Shown here: positions 58,827 through 64,000 of the stretch, in pieces | How the letters are laid out: each line of letters starts with the position of its first letter | Position numbering within the stretch: position 1 is the first letter of the stretch | NCBI GenBank assembly: GCA_026395995.1 | Contig: JAPLXQ010000010.1 | Coordinates: 218,179-282,178 of the forward strand | Reading direction: 5' to 3' | DNA: 64,000 nt | Source of the DNA: Candidatus Nomurabacteria bacterium | GTDB lineage: Bacteria > Patescibacteriota > Minisyncoccia > Phycocordibacterales > UBA9973 | Program-made: the position numbers and the translations under genes | The notes under the pieces: model-generated | Databases searched by the model: none | What the model was told of the DNA's origin: nothing | The model's input: only the letters and a program-made list of their open reading frames with translations

Positions 58827-60665
58827 ATGGATTTAAAGAAAATTAGAAATTTTAGTATCATAGCACACATTGACCACGGGAAATCTACCTTGGCTGATAG
58901 AATGCTCGAAATAACTCATACGATTGAGACACGTAAAATGCGTGACCAGGTTCTTGATTCTATGGAGCTTGAACGAGAAAGAGGTATTACTATCAAAATG
59001 CAACCAGTGCGTATGGAATATAAGATGCACCCCCTCCCAACCTCCCCCTTAGCGAAGGGGGAGGAGAACACCACATACACTTTAAACCTTATAGATACTC
59101 CAGGACATATAGACTTTTCCTATGAAGTTTCTCGTGCTTTAAAGGCCGTAGAAGGGTCTATTTTGCTCGTTGACTCAACTCAGGGGGTCCAGGCTCAAAC
59201 ACTTACTACACTCGCTATGGCTCGTGAGGGAGGGCTTAAAATCATCCCTGTACTCTCAAAAATAGACTCACCACTTTCTCGTGTAGATGATGTCAAAGAT
59301 GAAGTTATAAAGCTTTTAGATTGTGATCCAGATGAGATACTTCTCGTTTCTGGACGTACAGGCGAAGGTGTAGAAAATCTTTTAAATGAAGTCATAAAAA
59401 GAGTGCCACCTCCAGTCGAAACTTTTATAGACACCACTAGTTGCCGTGCACTTATTTTTGATTTTAAATATTCAAATCACAAGGGTGTGATTGTTTATGT
59501 GCGAGTTCTTGATGGAAAAATTTCCAAAAATGAAAATTTACTTTTTTCTGTTTCTAAAGAAAAATTTACCTCACTCGAAGTTGGAACATTTTCTCCAGAA
59601 GAAACTCCTTGTGAATTTTTAAAAGCAGGTGAGACAGGATATATTGTGACTGGTATTAAAAAGCCTGGTATTGCGAGCGTCGGAGATACTATTACATTAT
59701 TGAAAAATCCATTGCCAGAACTTCCTGGATATATGCAACCTCGCCCTGTCGTCTGGGCTTCAGTTTTCCCTGAAGATGCAGATCAATTTAACGATTTGAA
59801 AGCAGCCCTCGGCAAACTTCGTCTTTCTGATTCATCTTTTTCTTACGAAGAAGAGTCTAGTGGATCACTCGGACGTGGTTTTCGTTGTGGTTTTCTTGGT
59901 ATGCTTCATTTGGAAATTGTTATTGAAAGATTGAAAAGAGAATTTAATTTGGCCTTAGTGGTGACTACTCCATCTATTACTTATGAAGTGACTTTAAATA
60001 ATGGTAAAAAAGAAAAAATATATTCACCATATTTTTTCCCTGAAGAGGGAAACATAAAAGAAGTTTTTGAGCCTTGGGTTTTTGTAAAAATTATTACCCC
60101 ATCTATTTATCTTGGTCCAATAATGCAATTGCTTTTTGTGCATGAAGCAGAAGTGGGTGAGACAGAAAGTTTTGGAGACAATCGCTCATCAATATCACTC
60201 AAAATGCCACTACGTGAATTGATGCGAAACTTTTTTGATGAATTGAAATCTGTCTCTTCTGGTTATGCTTCTATTTCCTATGAAATTGCTGAAATGCGTG
60301 AAGCCAATGTGACTCGTTTAGACTTGCTTGTGGCTGAAGAAATTATCCCAGCTTTCTCTCGAGTTGTATCTAGAAAAAGAGTTCAAGAAGATGCTGAAGA
60401 AGCCGTAGAAAAATTACATAAACTTTTACCAAGGCAAATGTTTGCGACAAAAATCCAAGGTAAAGCCTTGGGTAAAATTATCTCCTCAAAAACCACTCAA
60501 GCTTTTATGAAAGATGTGACACAGCATATGTATGGAGGAGATATTACTCGTAAAATGAAGCTTCGAGAAAAACAAAAGAAAGGTAAAAAGAAGATGAAAG
60601 AGCGTGGACGCGTAAATATACCTCAAGAGGTTTTTCTTAAGATGATGAGAAGTGGGGAAAATTAA
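58827..60665 (+). CDS. lepA: elongation factor 4 (LepA)
   Basis: [21 protein letters not shown], LepA-specific C-terminal domain. Carries an in-frame GC-rich palindromic insertion (59028-59072) in the G domain. Confidence 0.9.
   Translation: [612 protein letters not shown]
59028..59072. repeat. GC-rich palindromic mini-element inserted in-frame within lepA
   Basis: gcaccccctcccaacctcccccttagcgaagggggaggagaac; stem ctccccctt/aagggggag; encodes [14 protein letters not shown] where LepA orthologs have only a few residues. Confidence 0.6.
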
Positions 60666-60813
60666 GATAGAGCTTTAAGCTCTATCTTAACGGAATATTG
60701 GTGTATAAAGTAAGATCATACTAACGATTATAAAGACGCATAAAACTGTCCAGATAACTTGTATTTTCTTTTTGTGTTTCTTGTGTAAAAGCATATACTT
60801 ATATTAGCAAATT

Positions 60814-61191
60814 ATGAAGAATTTTCAAGAGCAAAATATTTTTAGTAGAATTATACATTCCAAACTTGGTCTGATTTTTTTGGCTATTTTTATTATATTT
60901 TTCAGTTGGAATGTCATAAGATTTGCTGGAAAAGATAAAGAAATTATTAAAAATAAAAATATATCAGCAGACAAAATAACACAATTACAACAAGAAAAAG
61001 ATAGGCTGACAAAAGATATAAACAATCTAAATACACAGAGCGGTGTAGAAGAAACGATTCGTGACAAATTCGGTTTGGCGAAAGAAGGTGAGGGGATGAT
61101 CGTGGTAGTAGATACTCAAGATCAAACAACTGATCCAAATATTCAAGCAAATACTACTATTTTGTCTAAAATAAAAGGGTGGTTTAAATAA
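60814..61191 (+). CDS. septum formation initiator family protein (FtsB/DivIC-like)
   Basis: Single TM plus coiled coil (ITQLQQEKDRLTKDINNL) and the conserved C-terminal DKFGLAKEGE motif. Confidence 0.55.
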   Translation: MKNFQEQNIFSRIIHSKLGLIFLAIFIIFFSWNVIRFAGKDKEIIKNKNISADKITQLQQEKDRLTKDINNLNTQSGVEETIRDKFGLAKEGEGMIVVVDTQDQTTDPNIQANTTILSKIKGWFK

Positions 61192-61240
61192 AATACTTTA
61201 TGATATAATGTAAGTCTTAATAATTAATTTTAAATAATTT

Positions 61241-61480
61241 ATGAAAAATGTAACAATATATTCAACACCGACATGTCATTTTTGTCACTTAGCAAAGGAC
61301 TTTTTTAAGGCAAATAACGTGGCTTATACAGAATACGATGTAGCTGCAGATATGGAAAAGAGGAAAGAAGTCGTTGAAAAAAGTGGTCAAATGGGCGTGC
61401 CAGTTATAATTATTGGAGAAGATTTAATTGTCGGTTTCAATAAACCAAAAGTAGCTGAATTGCTCGGAATAGCCATATAA
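61241..61480 (+). CDS. glutaredoxin-like protein (NrdH/Grx family)
   Basis: CHFC redox motif after IYSTPT; thioredoxin-fold length. Confidence 0.65.
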   Translation: MKNVTIYSTPTCHFCHLAKDFFKANNVAYTEYDVAADMEKRKEVVEKSGQMGVPVIIIGEDLIVGFNKPKVAELLGIAI

Positions 61481-61540
61481 CATATAAGAACTTACTTAAT
61501 GTCCCTAGATTTGTTTAAGGTTCTATGTTAATATTAAATT

Positions 61541-62167
61541 ATGAGAGGTATACAAACTTCTAATAAAATAGTTCAAGAAATTAAAAAACTTAGATCTGAA
61601 GGGGATAGTATTCTTGAGATATCAAAAATAGTTGGTAAAAGTAAGTCTATTGTTTCAAAATACGTTAAAGATATAAAAATTCTTCCACAGTATGAATATC
61701 TTCTAAAAGAAAAACAAGGAGGTAGTAAGTCGCGTTCTTTAAAAGAGTGGAAGGATTCAGAGATAAAATCAAAAAAAATAATTAATACTCTTTCTAGTAA
61801 AGAAAAATTATTAATTCTAGCATGTTTATATTGGGGAGAAGGAACTAAAACTGAACTTAATATTATAAATAGTGATCCAGAAATGCTTCGGGTTTTTATA
61901 ATTTCTTTAAAAGAATTAGGAATAGATAATTCTAAAATAAAAGCAACAATAAGAATTTATGAAGATTTAAAAGATAACGATATTATTAATTTTTGGTCAA
62001 AGGCTATTGATCTTCCAAAAGAATGTTTTAAAGGTATTAATTTATTAAAAGGTAAAAAAGTTGGTAAATTAAAACATGGTATGTGTAGAATAAGGGTTGA
62101 AAAAAGTAAAGATTACTTTAAACTAATTATGTCTATAATAGAAAGAATTAAAGACTTGTCCTTATAG
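61541..62167 (+). CDS. HTH-domain protein with putative single-motif LAGLIDADG-like endonuclease domain (paralog B)
   Basis: HTH (KKLRSEGDSILEISKIVGKSKSIVSKYV); LILACLYWGEGTKTELNIINSDPEMLRVFIISLKELGI resembles the LAGLIDADG helix plus following beta-sheet. The stop overlaps tRNA-Arg by 10 nt. Confidence 0.4.
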   Translation: MRGIQTSNKIVQEIKKLRSEGDSILEISKIVGKSKSIVSKYVKDIKILPQYEYLLKEKQGGSKSRSLKEWKDSEIKSKKIINTLSSKEKLLILACLYWGEGTKTELNIINSDPEMLRVFIISLKELGIDNSKIKATIRIYEDLKDNDIINFWSKAIDLPKECFKGINLLKGKKVGKLKHGMCRIRVEKSKDYFKLIMSIIERIKDLSL

Positions 62168-62229
62168 TTCAATGGATAGAATAGCTCACTCCTAACGAGC
62201 TGATTCAGGTTCGACTCCTGATAAGGACA
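62158..62229 (+). tRNA. tRNA-Arg (anticodon CCT)
   Basis: Acceptor gtcctta/taaggac, loop ctCCTaa. Confidence 0.65.
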
Positions 62230-62278
62230 CCTTAAACGAACTATTTGAAATTTAAAATTTTTATGATAGTATATTCTT

Positions 62279-62536
62279 ATGAATCCAGAAGAGAAACAAA
62301 TGTTGCAAGAAGCCTTAACCCTTTCTAGGGATAATAATTCTATTCTTCGTACAATGAGAAGAAATCAACGTTGGGCATCTGTGATGCGTGTTATTTACTG
62401 GGTCATAATCATAGGTATTTCTTATGGTGCATATGTTTACACACAGCCGTATTTAGACAAAGCTGCTACTCTTTTCAAATCTTCCCAAGCTCAGCTTGAT
62501 AGTTTGAAAGGTTTGAGCGATAAATTTAAATATTAG
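62279..62536 (+). CDS. small membrane protein, unknown
   Basis: 85 aa, one TM helix. Confidence 0.35.
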   Translation: MNPEEKQMLQEALTLSRDNNSILRTMRRNQRWASVMRVIYWVIIIGISYGAYVYTQPYLDKAATLFKSSQAQLDSLKGLSDKFKY

Positions 62537-62541
62537 TTTTT

Positions 62542-62556
62542 AAGCCAAGATAGCTG
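62542..62556. repeat. 15-bp direct repeat of the tRNA-Phe 5-prime end (second copy 62593-62607)
   Basis: taagccaagatagct is duplicated 51 bp upstream of the tRNA. Confidence 0.55.
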
Positions 62557-62595
62557 TTTTAGTAAATAACGCAGAATTTTAAAATTAAATAATAA

Positions 62596-62668
62596 GCCAA
62601 GATAGCTCAGTTGGTAGAGCGCTCCCCTGAAGAGGGAGATGTCCCCAGTTCAAATCTGGGTCTTGGCA
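62596..62668 (+). tRNA. tRNA-Phe (anticodon GAA)
   Basis: Acceptor gccaaga/tcttggc, loop ctGAAga. Confidence 0.8.
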
Positions 62669-62678
62669 CACTAAAATA

Positions 62679-62702
62679 AAAAACCGCTTAGAGCGGTTTT
62701 TT
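62679..62702. terminator. bidirectional rho-independent terminator
   Basis: aaaaaccgcttagagcggtttttt. Confidence 0.65.
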
Positions 62703-62707
62703 ATTTT

Positions 62708-63199
62708 TTATATAGATTTTACTTTTACGTTCTTTTTCTTTTCTTTATCTATTTTGGGAAGTTTGAGAGTGAGGAGTCCGTGGCGTTCTGTGGCTTCGGC
62801 ATCATCTGGTTCTACTTCAGCGGGCAGGGAAAGAGTTCTAGAAAAAGTACCCCAGTAGAGTTCTTTAGCAAAATAATTTTCTTCGTTGATAGTACGAGAT
62901 TCTTCTCTTTTACCACGAATAGTGATCATATCACGAGCAATTGTGATTTCTAGATCTTCAGGGCGCACACCAGCCACCATTGTCTGCACAATGATATCTG
63001 AAGGAGTTTGGTACACGTCGACAGTGAGCTCAGCCTCTTCGACTTCTTCTTCCATCCAAGCAGGAGCTTGGCCTGTTTTACCACCTTTACTTTGCACAGA
63101 GATTTTTTTTACATCTCGAGGACTTTCTTCTTCGACATATTCTTCTTCTACACCTCTACCTGTTAACCTTTCGAAAAATGATCTTTTTTTATTAAACAT
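62708..63199 (-). CDS. Hsp20/alpha-crystallin family small heat-shock protein
   Basis: Alpha-crystallin domain (VDVYQTPSDIIVQTMVAGVRPEDLEITIARDMITIRGKRE ... GLLTLKLPK). Confidence 0.8.
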   Translation of the reverse strand: MFNKKRSFFERLTGRGVEEEYVEEESPRDVKKISVQSKGGKTGQAPAWMEEEVEEAELTVDVYQTPSDIIVQTMVAGVRPEDLEITIARDMITIRGKREESRTINEENYFAKELYWGTFSRTLSLPAEVEPDDAEATERHGLLTLKLPKIDKEKKKNVKVKSI

Positions 63200-63202
63200 A
63201 AA

Positions 63203-63916
63203 TTAATTTATTTTTTTAAGACGAAATTTATATTCGTCGCTCATTCTTCTTAGTTTTTCAATAAGAAGAATATTTATAATAGTTACGACCCATAGAAAAC
63301 CAAAAACTTTTAAAAAATTATTACTACTATCCATTATAAAAAAATTAAAGGCACTATGCAAGGTGATAGCCATTAATATTCCAAAAATGAAATAAATTTT
63401 CTTTGCAAAATAGTTCATGTAGAAACATAGACCTAAAGAAATACCTATCAAGCCACTCGAAACAGCATGTAATAAAGTCGATCCTAGAAATCGTAATTGA
63501 GTAGTGAGTAGGTTTACAGTAGCATGATCTAGGGATAATGGTTTTACAAGGAAAAGAACATTTTCAAGGGCAGCAAATCCTAAAGCCCCTGTGATGAGAT
63601 AAATAGCCCAGTCTTTAGGTTCTTTGATTAAAGAGGTTCTACCTATAATTAGTAAAACAGCTATATATTTTATAATTTCTTCTGCTCCAGCCCAAGAAAT
63701 TATTTGATAAGTAGAATTAGAGACATGAGACTGAATAAATTGTTCTATTGGTAATACAAAAACAACTGAAATCATTCCTATAACAAAGCACATAAACAGA
63801 ACTCCTCGTGGCTCTGTTTTTTTCTCATCTTCACGTAACCAAAACCATAGCCAAACTAAAGCAGGTAAAATACCTGCTAAAATGGCGATTCCAAATGTTT
63901 TTGGGTTATTAATCAT
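63203..63916 (-). CDS. PrsW-family intramembrane metalloprotease
   Basis: AGAEEIIKY (EExxK), GFAALENVLF, STLLHAVSSG motifs in polytopic membrane topology. Confidence 0.55.
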   Translation of the reverse strand: MINNPKTFGIAILAGILPALVWLWFWLREDEKKTEPRGVLFMCFVIGMISVVFVLPIEQFIQSHVSNSTYQIISWAGAEEIIKYIAVLLIIGRTSLIKEPKDWAIYLITGALGFAALENVLFLVKPLSLDHATVNLLTTQLRFLGSTLLHAVSSGLIGISLGLCFYMNYFAKKIYFIFGILMAITLHSAFNFFIMDSSNNFLKVFGFLWVVTIINILLIEKLRRMSDEYKFRLKKIN

Positions 63917-64000
63917 TATTTGGGTTTACCCTGAGCGTAGTCGAAGGGCCAGTTTTCAACTATTAAAAGATTTTTGTTTGGTATAGGTAGCATAGACCAA
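63916..64000 (-). CDS. 3-prime end of an unidentified minus-strand gene (partial)
   Basis: Open frame ending ...ENWPFDYAQGKPK*, with a TAATG stop/start overlap to the PrsW-like gene. Confidence 0.3.
   Translation of the reverse strand, partial: WSMLPIPNKNLLIVENWPFDYAQGKPK

Overview
This is a low-GC (about 30%) bacterial chromosomal segment with dense, short genes and standard code 11. RF2 is present and TAA/TAG/TGA are used as stops. The gene content and the small-genome character are consistent with a Patescibacteria/CPR-like organism, but the sequence alone cannot prove this.

Core housekeeping genes: lexA, engB, hpf, fmt-def-hisS-lepB operon (minus strand), pth, rpsA, gyrA, rbfA-infB, iscS-like, clpB, gdhA, rpmG, purA, prfB, ftsE-ftsX, pyrG, a MacAB-like efflux module, and lepA. 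There are 12 tRNA genes, and one of them (Asp-GUC) carries a roughly 240-nt group I-like intron.

Accessory content:
- A paralog array of six VirB2/TrbC-like two-helix pilin-family genes; the first is fused to a large Thr/Ser-rich adhesin-like protein.
- A REP-associated tyrosine transposase (RAYT) with three 21-bp REP hairpins, one of them inside its own ORF.
- Three homing-endonuclease-like genes (one double-motif LAGLIDADG, two HTH-fused paralogs), each ending within about 10 nt of the 5-prime end of a tRNA gene.
- A family of GC-rich CT-arm/GA-arm palindromic mini-elements that stand out against the AT-rich background and are inserted in-frame in infB and lepA, analogous to Rickettsia RPEs.
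- Short duplications of tRNA ends flanking small inserts at three tRNAs.
- A hypothetical-gene hotspot (48.2-50.4 kb) with cassette-like conserved 5-prime and 3-prime flanks.

Regulatory sites: a Cheo-type LexA box inside the lexA promoter, a repeated near-consensus promoter module (TTGACT-N17-TGCTATACT) used four times, and several structured leaders (hpf and others).

No rRNA, CRISPR array or prophage was seen.
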